From positions 800,001 through 864,000 of the forward strand of contig OZ243972.1 of the NCBI GenBank assembly GCA_965214705.1: a stretch of DNA of 64,000 nucleotides, given 5' to 3'. The notes below the pieces were generated by a model. It saw only the letters and a list, made by a program, of their open reading frames with translations. It did no database searches and was not told the DNA's origin. Source of the DNA: Alphaproteobacteria bacterium. Lineage in GTDB: Bacteria; Pseudomonadota; Alphaproteobacteria; UBA828. The position numbers and the translations under genes are program-made. Positions 10,429 through 19,722 of this stretch are shown here, in pieces (position 1 is the stretch's first letter; each line of letters begins with the position of its first letter).

Positions 10429-10812
10429 ATGCTCAACCGCGAGGAACTGATCGCCTTGGTCGAGGACGCCTACTTCTTCAACGTCGACAACAAGAACCTG
10501 GAGCCTGCGGTCGCGTGCTTCGCGGAAGATGCCGAGATCCACGTCCAATCGGCGCACGTGAGCCATGTCGGGCACGATCAGATCAGGCGCATGTTCAAAG
10601 ACTTCATGACTGCGACCAAGATCATCTACCACGGCGATTTCAGCCACGTGGTGGACGTGGAGAGTCAGTGGATCGCCTCGCAGTTCGTCGCCCGCAATGA
10701 CTATGACGACGGCCGCCACGTGGAGATGCGCAACTGCAACTTCTTCCAGATCGAAGACGACCGCTTCAAGCGCGTGACCATCTACATGACCGACGAGAAC
10801 CCGCTGGTTTAG
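10429..10812 (+). CDS. NTF2/SnoaL-like domain protein
   Basis: 127 aa with YF..VD, FAEDA, G.DQIR, CNFFQI.DDRF..V.IY pattern. Confidence 0.75.
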   Translation: MLNREELIALVEDAYFFNVDNKNLEPAVACFAEDAEIHVQSAHVSHVGHDQIRRMFKDFMTATKIIYHGDFSHVVDVESQWIASQFVARNDYDDGRHVEMRNCNFFQIEDDRFKRVTIYMTDENPLV

Positions 10813-10889
10813 TTTTGCTCCGGTCGCCCTTCCTTGCGGCGATGGGCGTCATTCGCCAGACTCGCGGCCGGCACAGGTGAGGAACAGGC

Positions 10890-11900
10890 ATGAGCGACCG
10901 CCCGCAGATCGACCCGCCCTACCTGCTCTTCCTCGGCGACGCGCGCGACGCGCTCGCCGCCAAGACCGCGCGCGGGGTGTTCGTCTTTCGGCCGGAGTGG
11001 TGCCTCGGCCAGCTCAGGCTGCCGGGCTGCAAACCCCGCCTCGATCTGCCCGAGATGACGGTCGAGGAAGCGGCGGCCAAGGGCGCGAAGTGCCTCATCG
11101 TCGGCGTCGCCAATGCGGGCGGCGTGGTCTCAGACAGCTGGACCGCCACCCTCGTGGCGGCACTCGAAGCGGGCCTCGACGTGGCGAGTGGGCTTCATGT
11201 GCGGCTCAGCGACCTACCGGCGGTGCGCGATGCGGCCGAGGCCAACGGCCGGCATCTCTTCGACGTGCGCCATCCGTCCCAGGAGTTCAAGGTGGGCACG
11301 GGCATCCGCAGGGCCGGCAAGCGCCTGCTCACGGTGGGCACCGACGCCTCGGTGGGCAAGATGTACGCCACGCTCGCGCTCGAAGCCGAATGGCGCCGGC
11401 GCGGCGTCCCCTGCACCTTCCGCGCGACCGGGCAGACCGGCATCTTCGTCGCCGGCCGCGGAGTCTCCGTCGATGCGGTGGTGGCCGACTTCATCTCCGG
11501 CGCCACCGAGTGGCTCACCCCCGAGAACGACCCAGATCACTGGGACCTTGTCGAGGGGCAGGGCTCGCTCCACCACCCCTCCTACGCGGGCGTGACGCTC
11601 GGCCTGATCCACGGCGCCCAGCCGGACGCCATCGTGGTCTGCCACGAGCCGACACGGACCAACATGCGGGGCCTGCCGGACTGGCCGCTGCCCGAGCTCG
11701 GCGCCTCCATCGAGGCCAACCTGCAGGCGGCGCGGCTCACCAATCCCGACGTTGTCTGCGCAGGTATCTGCGTCAACACCGAGGCGCTGGCAGAGGCGGA
11801 GGCGGAGGCGTTGCTGGCTGAGTTGGGCACCGCCCACGGCCTGCCCTGCGTCGATCCGATCCGCACCGGCGTGGGCCCGATCGCCGACCGCGTGATCTAG
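10890..11900 (+). CDS. dgcN: DUF1611 family D-glutamate N-acetyltransferase-like protein
   Basis: PYLLFLGD..AAKTA, VGTDASVGKMYATL, RATGQTGI, DAVVADFISGA, EGQGSL. Confidence 0.85.
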   Translation: MSDRPQIDPPYLLFLGDARDALAAKTARGVFVFRPEWCLGQLRLPGCKPRLDLPEMTVEEAAAKGAKCLIVGVANAGGVVSDSWTATLVAALEAGLDVASGLHVRLSDLPAVRDAAEANGRHLFDVRHPSQEFKVGTGIRRAGKRLLTVGTDASVGKMYATLALEAEWRRRGVPCTFRATGQTGIFVAGRGVSVDAVVADFISGATEWLTPENDPDHWDLVEGQGSLHHPSYAGVTLGLIHGAQPDAIVVCHEPTRTNMRGLPDWPLPELGASIEANLQAARLTNPDVVCAGICVNTEALAEAEAEALLAELGTAHGLPCVDPIRTGVGPIADRVI

Positions 11901-11912
11901 GAGCCGACGCCG

Positions 11913-12896
11913 GTGAGCCGGCGCCTCGCCGTTCGCCTCGAATCCTGGCCGCTCGCGAGTGCCTTTCGCATCTCCCGCGGCGCAAAGACCGAGGCCCACG
12001 TCGTCGTTGCCGAGATCGCCGATGGCCCGCACATCGGTCGGGGCGAGGCGGTCCCCTACCCCCGTTACAACGAGACGCCCGAGGGGACGCGCGCCGAGAT
12101 CGAAGGCGTGCGAGACGCCGTGGAAGGCGGTCTCGTCCGCGAAGGTCTGCTGGAGATGCTGCCGCCGGGCGCTGCCCGCAATGCGCTGGACTGCGCGCTC
12201 TGGGACCTGGAGGCGAAGCAGGCGGGCCGCCCGGCCTGGGCGCTGGCGGGCCTGGAGGCGCCGCAGCCGTGCATCACCGCCGTGACGCTCAGCCTCGATA
12301 CGCCGGAGAAGATGGGCGCGGCCGCCGCCCGCCACGCCACGCTCCCTCTGCTCAAGCTCAAGGTCACCGGCGAAGGCGACCTCGCGCGCATCGAGGCGGT
12401 CCGTGCGAACGCGCCCGGTGCCCGGCTGATCGTGGACGCGAACGAGGGCTGGACCGTGCCGATGCTGGAGGAATATTTGCCGGCCTTTGCCGACCTCGGG
12501 GTCGAGATGGTGGAGCAGCCGCTGCCCGCGGCGGACGATGCCGCGCTCGAAGGACGGCAGTTCGCGATCCCGCTCTGCGCCGACGAGAGCTGCCACACGC
12601 GCGAAGACCTAACGCGGCTCGCCGGCCGCTACCCGATGGTCAACGTCAAGCTGGACAAGACCGGGGGGCTTACCGAGGCGCTAGCGCTCGCGATGGAGGC
12701 GCGGACCATGGGGTTCGACATCATGGTGGGCAGCATGGTCGGCACCTCGCTCGGCATGGCGCCGGCGGCGCTGCTCGCCGGCTTCGCCGACTACGTTGAT
12801 CTCGACGGCCCGCTGCTGCTCGCCCGCGACCGCTCGCCGGGACTGAGCTACGACGGCGCGGTCATGGCGCCGCCTGAGCCTGCACTCTGGGGGTAG
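11913..12896 (+). CDS. dgcA: N-acetyl-D-Glu racemase / L-Ala-D/L-Glu epimerase (enolase superfamily)
   Basis: FRISRGAKT, KLK, DANEGW, EQP, DES, NVKLDKTGG, DLDG; adjacent to dgcN. Confidence 0.85.
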   Translation: MSRRLAVRLESWPLASAFRISRGAKTEAHVVVAEIADGPHIGRGEAVPYPRYNETPEGTRAEIEGVRDAVEGGLVREGLLEMLPPGAARNALDCALWDLEAKQAGRPAWALAGLEAPQPCITAVTLSLDTPEKMGAAAARHATLPLLKLKVTGEGDLARIEAVRANAPGARLIVDANEGWTVPMLEEYLPAFADLGVEMVEQPLPAADDAALEGRQFAIPLCADESCHTREDLTRLAGRYPMVNVKLDKTGGLTEALALAMEARTMGFDIMVGSMVGTSLGMAPAALLAGFADYVDLDGPLLLARDRSPGLSYDGAVMAPPEPALWG

Positions 12897-12908
12897 CTCG
12901 CCTAAAAT

Positions 12909-12935
12909 TCTTTACCGATTGATCTATAGTAAAGA
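12909..12935. promoter_or_regulatory. Inverted repeat in the AT-rich promoter of the TA operon (possible antitoxin operator)
   Basis: TCTTTAC-N13-GTAAAGA upstream of the AbrB-type antitoxin. Confidence 0.35.
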
Positions 12936-12983
12936 TTGAAATATGGTTTGTCTGAATTGGCCGCGCAAAAATAGGACGACCTC

Positions 12984-13211
12984 ATGCCGCGCGTGAGCGC
13001 GAAGCGTCAGATTACGCTCCCCATCGATCAGTGCAGAGAAGTCGGGATCGGGCCGGGGGACGAATACCGCAGCTATGTTGCCGGTGGCCGCATCACCATC
13101 GTGCGGAAGACCGCTGGTGCCGCCAAGGGTTTCTTGCGCCATGTAGCCGGCGATCCCGCCGTCAGCGACGAGGAATCCCTGCAGGACGCGCTTGACGAGC
13201 CAAAGTCTTGA
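12984..13211 (+). CDS. AbrB/MazE/SpoVT-family antitoxin
   Basis: VSAKRQITLP...GIGPGD swapped-hairpin motif; overlaps the toxin start. Confidence 0.85.
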   Translation: MPRVSAKRQITLPIDQCREVGIGPGDEYRSYVAGGRITIVRKTAGAAKGFLRHVAGDPAVSDEESLQDALDEPKS

Positions 13212-13642
13212 TCGCCGTCGACACCAATGTCTTGCTTCGCTATCTGCTGCACGACGATGAGGCCCAGGCGGCGCGGGCGAACGCTGTTTTCGATGCTGCC
13301 GAAACCGTTCTGATCACGGACGTCGTACTTGCGGAAACCGTGTGGACGCTCTCCGGCCGCAAGTATCGGCTGGCCAAGGCCGAGCTGGCGGCGGTCCTCG
13401 AACGGCTGTTCAGCGAGCCGAATATCCGTTTCGAGGACGATCAGGTGGTTTGGCGCGCCTTGCAGGCGTACAAGAGCGCCGCGCCAGTGGACGAGGCCGG
13501 GTCGGGGAAGGGCGCCGGCTTCGTTGATGCGTTGATCGTGTTCAAGGCGCTGCGCACCGCATCGGGCTCCGGCGAGACGTTGAACGGCGTCTACACTTTC
13601 GACGCGGCCATGGGGCAGCTACCGCACACTGTATCGCTCTAG
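13208..13642 (+). CDS. vapC: PIN-domain toxin (VapC family)
   Basis: IAVDTNVLLRY, LAETVW, FVDALI, YTFD acidic residues. Confidence 0.88.
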   Translation: MIAVDTNVLLRYLLHDDEAQAARANAVFDAAETVLITDVVLAETVWTLSGRKYRLAKAELAAVLERLFSEPNIRFEDDQVVWRALQAYKSAAPVDEAGSGKGAGFVDALIVFKALRTASGSGETLNGVYTFDAAMGQLPHTVSL

Positions 13643-13752
13643 CCCCCAACTCTTATCGGGGCTGTAGCCTTGTTTCCGTGCACCCGATCTGAAATTCTGG
13701 CGGGGCAATCGGAAAGGCCCGGCCAGCACCGGGCCGGCACAGCGAGGAGGCG

Positions 13753-14406
13753 ATGGGCCGCCTGTTGGACCTCGGGGAGCGGGTGGAGCTCGTCTCCATG
13801 GACCCGCACTTCCATGACATCAGCATCTCCCTCTACCGCGAGACCGGGGAAGGCGGCGCCTCGGGCTATCTCGCGCACAGCTACAGCGGGAAGGAAGGCA
13901 CTACCGAGCGGTTGGCGTTCGTGATGCGGGCGATGGCTGTGATGGGCGGCATGGTGCCGGCGCCGGGCCAGCCGGGGCGCCTCGCTTTCGCGTGCGGCGA
14001 AGAACACCGGGCGGCGGTGAAGCGGCTTTTCCTCGAAGCCTGCAAGAAGGCGCCGGATTCCGAGGTCGCGGCACTGCCCATGAGCATCTACGACAAGAAG
14101 AACGACTTCACCATCGACGCCACAGCCACAGGCAGCGGGGGCTACCGGCTTGCTGTCGCAGGCGGTGAGGGCGATGACAAAGTGGCGCGGCGCGTGGACG
14201 GCGTGACCAGGGGGCTGATCAAGCTCGCCGAGATGGAGCCCGGCGCCGAGCTGGGCGAGGCCCGCTTCGCCTGCGGCACGACCCACGACGAGCTGGTGGG
14301 CCTCCTGCTCGGCCGGGCGCTCAACGTCCGCGCCGCCATGCGCGAGGCGGAGGCTGCGGCGGCGCGGGGCGTCCTCGCCGCGCCGAGCGCACAACAACAG
14401 ACCTGA
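13753..14406 (+). CDS. Hypothetical protein, first gene of the corrinoid methyltransferase operon
   Basis: GAGGAGG RBS, native codon usage, two FACGxxH motifs; no family recognised. Confidence 0.75.
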   Translation: MGRLLDLGERVELVSMDPHFHDISISLYRETGEGGASGYLAHSYSGKEGTTERLAFVMRAMAVMGGMVPAPGQPGRLAFACGEEHRAAVKRLFLEACKKAPDSEVAALPMSIYDKKNDFTIDATATGSGGYRLAVAGGEGDDKVARRVDGVTRGLIKLAEMEPGAELGEARFACGTTHDELVGLLLGRALNVRAAMREAEAAAARGVLAAPSAQQQT

Positions 14407-14424
14407 GGGTCGGGAGCGGAAGCG

Positions 14425-15468
14425 ATGACGGCAGTACCCTCGATGACCAGCCGCGAGCGGGTGCTCGCGGCGCTGAAACGCAAGCCGGTGGATCGCACGC
14501 CCGTGTGCAACCCCACCTCGGTCGCGACAGTGGAGCTGATGGACCTGGTGGACGCGAACTTTCCGTTCGCGAACCGCGACCCGGAGCTGATGGCGCGGCT
14601 CGCCGCCACCAGTTACACCGAGCTCGGCTTCGACAGCATCATGCCGGTCTTCTCGATCATCCAGGAATCGTCTGCGCTTGGCTGCAAGATGCAGTGGGAG
14701 CAGAAGGACAACTGGCCAACCGTGCGCATGCGCGAGCCGATCTGGGAGGACGTCGACGACATCCGCATTCCCAACGACTTCCTCCTGCACCCGGACATGG
14801 CGTGCGTAATCGAGGGGATCCGCATGCTGCGCCGCGAGTTCGGCGACGAGGTCGCGATCATCGGCAAGACCATGGGGCCGTGGACCCTCGGCTATCACTG
14901 CTTCGGGGTGGAGCCCTTCCTGCTCATGTCGCTCGACGATCCGGGCAAGACCAAGCTCGCGCTCGACCGCATGAAGGAGGCGACGATCGTCTTCGGGCTG
15001 GCACAGATCGAAGCAGGCGCGGATGCGCTCACCGTCCCCGATCACGCCACCGGCGATCTGGTGAGCGCCGACTACTACAAGCGCTTCCTCAGGGACCTTC
15101 ACATCGAGTTCGTGGAGCGCCTTCCGGTGCCGCTTATCCTCCACATCTGCGGGCGCACCGTGGACCGCATGGGCTATATCGCAGAGACCGGGATCGCCGC
15201 CTTCCACTTCGATTCCAAGAACGCACCGTCCGAGTCCATGGCGGCGATGGACGACAGAGTGTCGCTGGTCGGCAACATCAACAACCCCGAGACGCTGTTC
15301 GCCAAGGGGCCGGAGGACGTGCGCAAAGAGGTCTACGCCAATCTCGACGCCGGCGTGCAGGGGGTCGGGCCGGAATGCGCCATCCCGCTCCAGACCTCGG
15401 TCGAGAACCTGCGCGAGATTCCGCTGGCGGTGCGCGACTGGCATGCCGAGCATGGCAGCCCGCTCTAA
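14425..15468 (+). CDS. MtaA/CmuA-family corrinoid methyltransferase (URO-D fold)
   Basis: MTSRERVLAAL....VDRTPV, GPWTL, ILHICG zinc motif, LVGNINN, GPECAIP. Confidence 0.88.
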   Translation: MTAVPSMTSRERVLAALKRKPVDRTPVCNPTSVATVELMDLVDANFPFANRDPELMARLAATSYTELGFDSIMPVFSIIQESSALGCKMQWEQKDNWPTVRMREPIWEDVDDIRIPNDFLLHPDMACVIEGIRMLRREFGDEVAIIGKTMGPWTLGYHCFGVEPFLLMSLDDPGKTKLALDRMKEATIVFGLAQIEAGADALTVPDHATGDLVSADYYKRFLRDLHIEFVERLPVPLILHICGRTVDRMGYIAETGIAAFHFDSKNAPSESMAAMDDRVSLVGNINNPETLFAKGPEDVRKEVYANLDAGVQGVGPECAIPLQTSVENLREIPLAVRDWHAEHGSPL

Positions 15469-15508
15469 GGCCTTGTGACACCCTGTCCGTTTTACCACTG
15501 AGTCCCCG

Positions 15509-16258
15509 ATGGCCGAGCTTGCCGACATCGCCAACGCGGTGATCCGCGACGAGATCGAGGAGTTTCTCGAGCGCCCGGACGAGATCGAGCGCAACGTCGC
15601 GCTGTTCGCGCGCGTGCGGCCCGAGATGCAGGACATCGCTGCCGCGTTGATCGAGGGCGACAATCACACGGTGGACGCGCTCACCGCCAAGGCCCTGGAG
15701 GAGGGCACCGAGGCGCTGGAGATCATGGACGATGGTTTGATCGCCGGCATGGGGATCGTCGGCATCAAGTTCCGCGAGAATTTCATCTTTGTGCCCGAGG
15801 TGCTGGCGTGCGCGCGTGCGATGAAGGCGGGCATGGCCCATATCGAGCCGATCCTGTCGGCCTCGGGCGTCGAGCCCATCGGCACCGTGATCATGGGCAC
15901 GGTCAAGGGCGACCTCCACGACATTGGCAAGAACCTCTGCATCATGATGCTTTCCGGCGCGGGCTTCGACGTGGTCGACCTTGGCGTGGACACGTCGGAA
16001 GACGAGTTTATTGCCGCGCTCGAGGAACACGGGGCGCCGATCATGGGCATGTCCGCGCTGCTCACGACGACGATGCCGAACATGGGCAAGACCATCGAGG
16101 CGCTGATCGACGCCGACATTCGCGACGACGTGATGGTAATGGTGGGGGGCGCGCCGGTGACCCAGGAGTTCGCCGACGACATGGGCGCCGACGGCTATGG
16201 CAAGGACGCGCTCTCCTGCGTGGCGCTCGCCAAGAAGCTGATGGAAGAGCGCGGTTAG
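15509..16258 (+). CDS. Corrinoid (B12-binding) methyl-carrier protein, MttC/MtbC-like
   Basis: FIFVPEVL cap domain, GTVKGDLHDIGKN (DxHxxG), MSALLTTTM, MVGGAPVT. Confidence 0.93.
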   Translation: MAELADIANAVIRDEIEEFLERPDEIERNVALFARVRPEMQDIAAALIEGDNHTVDALTAKALEEGTEALEIMDDGLIAGMGIVGIKFRENFIFVPEVLACARAMKAGMAHIEPILSASGVEPIGTVIMGTVKGDLHDIGKNLCIMMLSGAGFDVVDLGVDTSEDEFIAALEEHGAPIMGMSALLTTTMPNMGKTIEALIDADIRDDVMVMVGGAPVTQEFADDMGADGYGKDALSCVALAKKLMEERG

Positions 16259-16266
16259 GCCGGCCG

Positions 16267-18261
16267 TTGCCGAAGATCAGCCAAGAGGACTATCAGCAGC
16301 GACTGGATCGGCTCACCGAGATCTTTGCGGATATCGTGAGCCATGCCGACGAGCAGGCGACGCACCGCTGCCCCTACCGCGACGCCCGCGACCGCTGCAC
16401 GGCGGCCTTCTCGTGCGGCAACCAGATTCCCGCCGTCGAGAAGGGCGCGCCTGCAACCTGTGGCCACGACGGCACCTTCGACTACAGCCTGGCGTGGGAA
16501 ACGGATCCGGCCACCCGTGAGCGCGCGAAGACGAAGCTCGGCGCGATCAAGCAGGCCGCCGCCGCGCGGCGGGAGGGCGCGGCACCGCCGACGGGGCCGG
16601 GCACCGTCTCCCACGACGGCAAGACTCAGCCGCTCGCCATAGGCATGACGCTCTTCGACTGCGCCGACGAGCTTGCCGTCGAGGTACCCACATCGTGCCA
16701 GCGCAACGGCCGCTGCCACGAATGCGTGGTCGAGGTGAGCGCGGGCGAGGCCGCCCTCTGCGCCCGCACCGAGGCAGAGGGATTTCTGCGTGCGCCCTAT
16801 CGCCTCGCCTGCCAGGCGATGATTGAGCGCGACGACATCGACGTGGCGTTCGCGCCGCTCCGCCGCCGACCGCGCATCCTGGTGCGCGCCCATGCCGACG
16901 CGGCCGGCGCGTCCGAGACCATCGATCCTCTCGTCACGCGGCGGGGCGACGAGGTGCTCTACGACGGCGAGGTGGTGGACCGCTACCGGGGACAGATGCT
17001 CGGGCTCGCGGTCGATCTCGGCACCACCACGGTGGTGCTCGACTTCGTCGACTTGGAGACCGGGCGGAGCGTGCACAGCGCTGCCTTCGAGAACCCGCAG
17101 GCCTTCGGCGGCAGCGACGTGATGCACCGCATCTCCTACGACCGCGACGACAAGGCCGGCGAGCTGCAGAAGGCCGCAGCGTCGGCCATCAACCGCGCCA
17201 TCGTTGACGGCTGCGCTAGGCTCGGCACCAACCGCCAGGCGATCTACGAGATCGTGATCGCCGCCAACTCCACCATGCGCGACATCCTGTTCAAGCTGGA
17301 CGTCCAGGGGATCGGCCAGAAACCCTACAAGTCCTCCATCGAGCACGCCTTCCTGGCCGGCGAGCGCGCGAACACGGCACTCAGCGCCCGCGCGCTGCGG
17401 CTTGGACTGCGCGCCAACCGCGCGGCCCGCGTCTATGGGCTGCCGTTGATCGCCAGCCATGTGGGAGGTGATGCGGCCGCCGCCTTGGTGGCGCTGGAAG
17501 AAGGCTTCGCCGACGCCGATACCGCGATGCTGGTGGACATGGGCACCAACACCGAGGTCGTGCTCAAGCACCGGGGGCGGATGCTCGCCGCCTCGTGCCC
17601 GGCGGGGCCGGCGTTCGAGGGCGGTCTGGTGCGCTACGGCATGCCGGCCTGCGACGGTGCGATCGAAGCGGTCCGCCTCGGCGCCACCGGCGAGGCCAGC
17701 TACGAGACCATCGGCGGCAAGGAACCGCTGGGCCTCTGCGGCTCTGGTTTGATCGATTTGCTGGCGGAACTTCGGCGGAGTGACGTGCTCACCGCCAAGG
17801 GCGTCTTCACCGCGGACCGCAAGCAGAGGGAGATGACCGTGGTGCCCGAGCAGGGGATCACCTTCTCCAAGGAGGACGCCAGCAATCTTGGTCAGGCCAA
17901 GGCCGCCAACTACTGCGGTCAGTACATCGTCATGCGCGCGCTCGGCGCCGATCCCGCAGACATCGAGAGCCTCTACCTAGCAGGTGGCTTCGCCAACTAC
18001 GTGAACGTGCGCAACGCCCAGTTCATCGGCCTGCTGGCGCCGGTGCCGGAGGAACGCGTCGTCAAGGCCGGCAACGCGGCGGCGCGGGGCGCCCGGGCGA
18101 TCCTGCTCTCGGCCACCCGGCGGCACGCGCTGGAGCGCGAGGTCCAGGCCATCGAGCATATCGAGCTGGAGACCACGCCCGATTTCTTCGACCTCTTCGT
18201 GGACGGCTGCCAGTTCAAGCCGATGCCAACGCACCTCGTGCCGGAAGGAACCGCCGCATGA
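16267..18261 (+). CDS. ASKHA-type reductive activator of corrinoid proteins (RACo/DUF4445) with a 2Fe-2S domain and a Cys-rich N-terminal extension
   Basis: CQRNGRCHEC..RLACQA, AVDLGTTT, NPQAFGGSDVMHRI, DMGTNTE, CPAGPAFEG, GLCGSG; probable TTG start at 16267. Confidence 0.88.
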   Translation: MPKISQEDYQQRLDRLTEIFADIVSHADEQATHRCPYRDARDRCTAAFSCGNQIPAVEKGAPATCGHDGTFDYSLAWETDPATRERAKTKLGAIKQAAAARREGAAPPTGPGTVSHDGKTQPLAIGMTLFDCADELAVEVPTSCQRNGRCHECVVEVSAGEAALCARTEAEGFLRAPYRLACQAMIERDDIDVAFAPLRRRPRILVRAHADAAGASETIDPLVTRRGDEVLYDGEVVDRYRGQMLGLAVDLGTTTVVLDFVDLETGRSVHSAAFENPQAFGGSDVMHRISYDRDDKAGELQKAAASAINRAIVDGCARLGTNRQAIYEIVIAANSTMRDILFKLDVQGIGQKPYKSSIEHAFLAGERANTALSARALRLGLRANRAARVYGLPLIASHVGGDAAAALVALEEGFADADTAMLVDMGTNTEVVLKHRGRMLAASCPAGPAFEGGLVRYGMPACDGAIEAVRLGATGEASYETIGGKEPLGLCGSGLIDLLAELRRSDVLTAKGVFTADRKQREMTVVPEQGITFSKEDASNLGQAKAANYCGQYIVMRALGADPADIESLYLAGGFANYVNVRNAQFIGLLAPVPEERVVKAGNAAARGARAILLSATRRHALEREVQAIEHIELETTPDFFDLFVDGCQFKPMPTHLVPEGTAA

Positions 18262-19286
18262 CCACCCCGCTGCTCATCGTCATCGGCGAGAACATCCATT
18301 GCACCCGCGTCGCGCTCCGCAAGGGCAAGCGCATCGCCGAACGCGACGGTGCCGAGGTGATCCTCTACGAGAGTGCCGAGGGCGAAGAACGCGCGCTGCC
18401 GGTCACGGCGGAGGCGAAGCGGACCAAGGACTACGAAGAGGGGCGGGTCAAGCACGTTCAGGTCGCGATCGAGACCGCGATGGAGACGGCGGCAGGTGAT
18501 CCGGCCGAGGGCCTGCGCTATATCGAGGCGCAGGTCCGCCATCAGGAGCGCGCGGGCGCGGCCTTCCTCGACCTCAACGTCGACGAGATCGCGCCCAAGC
18601 TCAGCGTGCAGACCGGCGCCATGGCCTGGCTTGCCGAGACAGTCCAGGGGATGACCGACCTCCCGATTTCCGTCGATTCCTCCAGCGTCGACGTGATCCG
18701 CGCTGGCCTCGAGGCCATCGCGCCGGCAAAGGTGCGCCCGATGCTCAACTCCGCCTCGCTGGAGCGGTTGGACGCGCTCGACCTCGCCCGCGAGCACGAC
18801 TGCCGCGTGGTGGTGACCGCCGCCGGCGAGAAGGGGATGCCGGATGGTGCGGACGAGCGGGTGGCGAACGCGTCCCGCATGGTCGAGGCGGCCCTGGGGC
18901 GGGGCTTCGCCGTCGGCGATCTCTACATCGACCCGCTGGTCTTCCCGATCTCGGTTGACTCCCGCTTCGGCAACCACTGCTTTGACGCGATCCGCGCCCT
19001 GCGCGCGCGCTTCGGCGGCGAGGTCCACATCACCGGCGGCATGAGCAACGTCTCGTTCGGGTTGCCGGCCCGCAAGATCCTCAACGATATGTTCGTCCTG
19101 CTCGCAATGGAGGCCGGCGCCGACAGCGGCATCCTCGACCCGGTGGCGAGCCCGCCAGAGGCGATCCTCGCCATCGACCGCACGGACCCCAACTACAAGC
19201 TCGCCGAGGACGTGTTGATGGGACGGGACGAGCACTGCATGGAATATATCCGCGCCTGGCGGAAGAGCAGGCGCAAGGCCAAGTGA
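18258..19286 (+). CDS. Methyltetrahydrofolate:corrinoid methyltransferase (AcsE/MetH pterin-binding, DHPS fold)
   Basis: IVIGENIH, FLDLNV, ISVDSS, LNSAS, IDPLVFPIS, GGMSNVSFGLPAR. Confidence 0.87.
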   Translation: MTTPLLIVIGENIHCTRVALRKGKRIAERDGAEVILYESAEGEERALPVTAEAKRTKDYEEGRVKHVQVAIETAMETAAGDPAEGLRYIEAQVRHQERAGAAFLDLNVDEIAPKLSVQTGAMAWLAETVQGMTDLPISVDSSSVDVIRAGLEAIAPAKVRPMLNSASLERLDALDLAREHDCRVVVTAAGEKGMPDGADERVANASRMVEAALGRGFAVGDLYIDPLVFPISVDSRFGNHCFDAIRALRARFGGEVHITGGMSNVSFGLPARKILNDMFVLLAMEAGADSGILDPVASPPEAILAIDRTDPNYKLAEDVLMGRDEHCMEYIRAWRKSRRKAK

Positions 19287-19299
19287 AAAAGAGACACCC

Positions 19300-19701
19300 A
19301 TGACCGAGACCGAGCGGCCGCCGCAAATCGAGCCCGCGCTTCGCACGCTGGCCATGCCCGCCGACGCCAACCCCAACGGCGACATCTTCGGCGGCTGGGT
19401 GCTGGCGCAGATGGACCTCGCCGGCGGCGTCGTGGCGGCGCGGCGCGCCGGCGGGCGCATGGTCACGGTGGCGGTGGAGGCCATGCGCTTCCACGCGCCC
19501 ATCGCCGTCGGCGACCTCGTGACCTGCTACGCCCGGGTGACGAAGACCGGAACGACCTCGATCACCGTCGACATCGAGACCTGGGCGCGCCGGCGACGCG
19601 GCACCGAGGAGGTGAGAGTGACCGAGGGCACCTTCATCTATGTCGCCATCGACGACAACGGCCGTCCCCGCCCTCTGCCCGAAGAACCGCCGGAGCAGTG
19701 A
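19300..19701 (+). CDS. Acyl-CoA thioesterase (hotdog fold, YciA-like)
   Basis: AMPADANPNGDIFGGWVLAQMDLAG. Confidence 0.92.
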   Translation: MTETERPPQIEPALRTLAMPADANPNGDIFGGWVLAQMDLAGGVVAARRAGGRMVTVAVEAMRFHAPIAVGDLVTCYARVTKTGTTSITVDIETWARRRRGTEEVRVTEGTFIYVAIDDNGRPRPLPEEPPEQ

Positions 19702-19722
19702 CGGCAGCGGCGCTCCAGCTGG

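Noticed and set aside
14425-15468. Uroporphyrinogen decarboxylase hemE
   Set aside because: It lacks the RQAGR motif, has the HxC zinc motif and sits in a corrinoid gene context
15808-16266. N-terminal 153 aa of the 817-aa ORF as part of the activator
   Set aside because: It overlaps the corrinoid gene in another frame and is Arg/Gly-rich shadow sequence; the real start is probably TTG 16267
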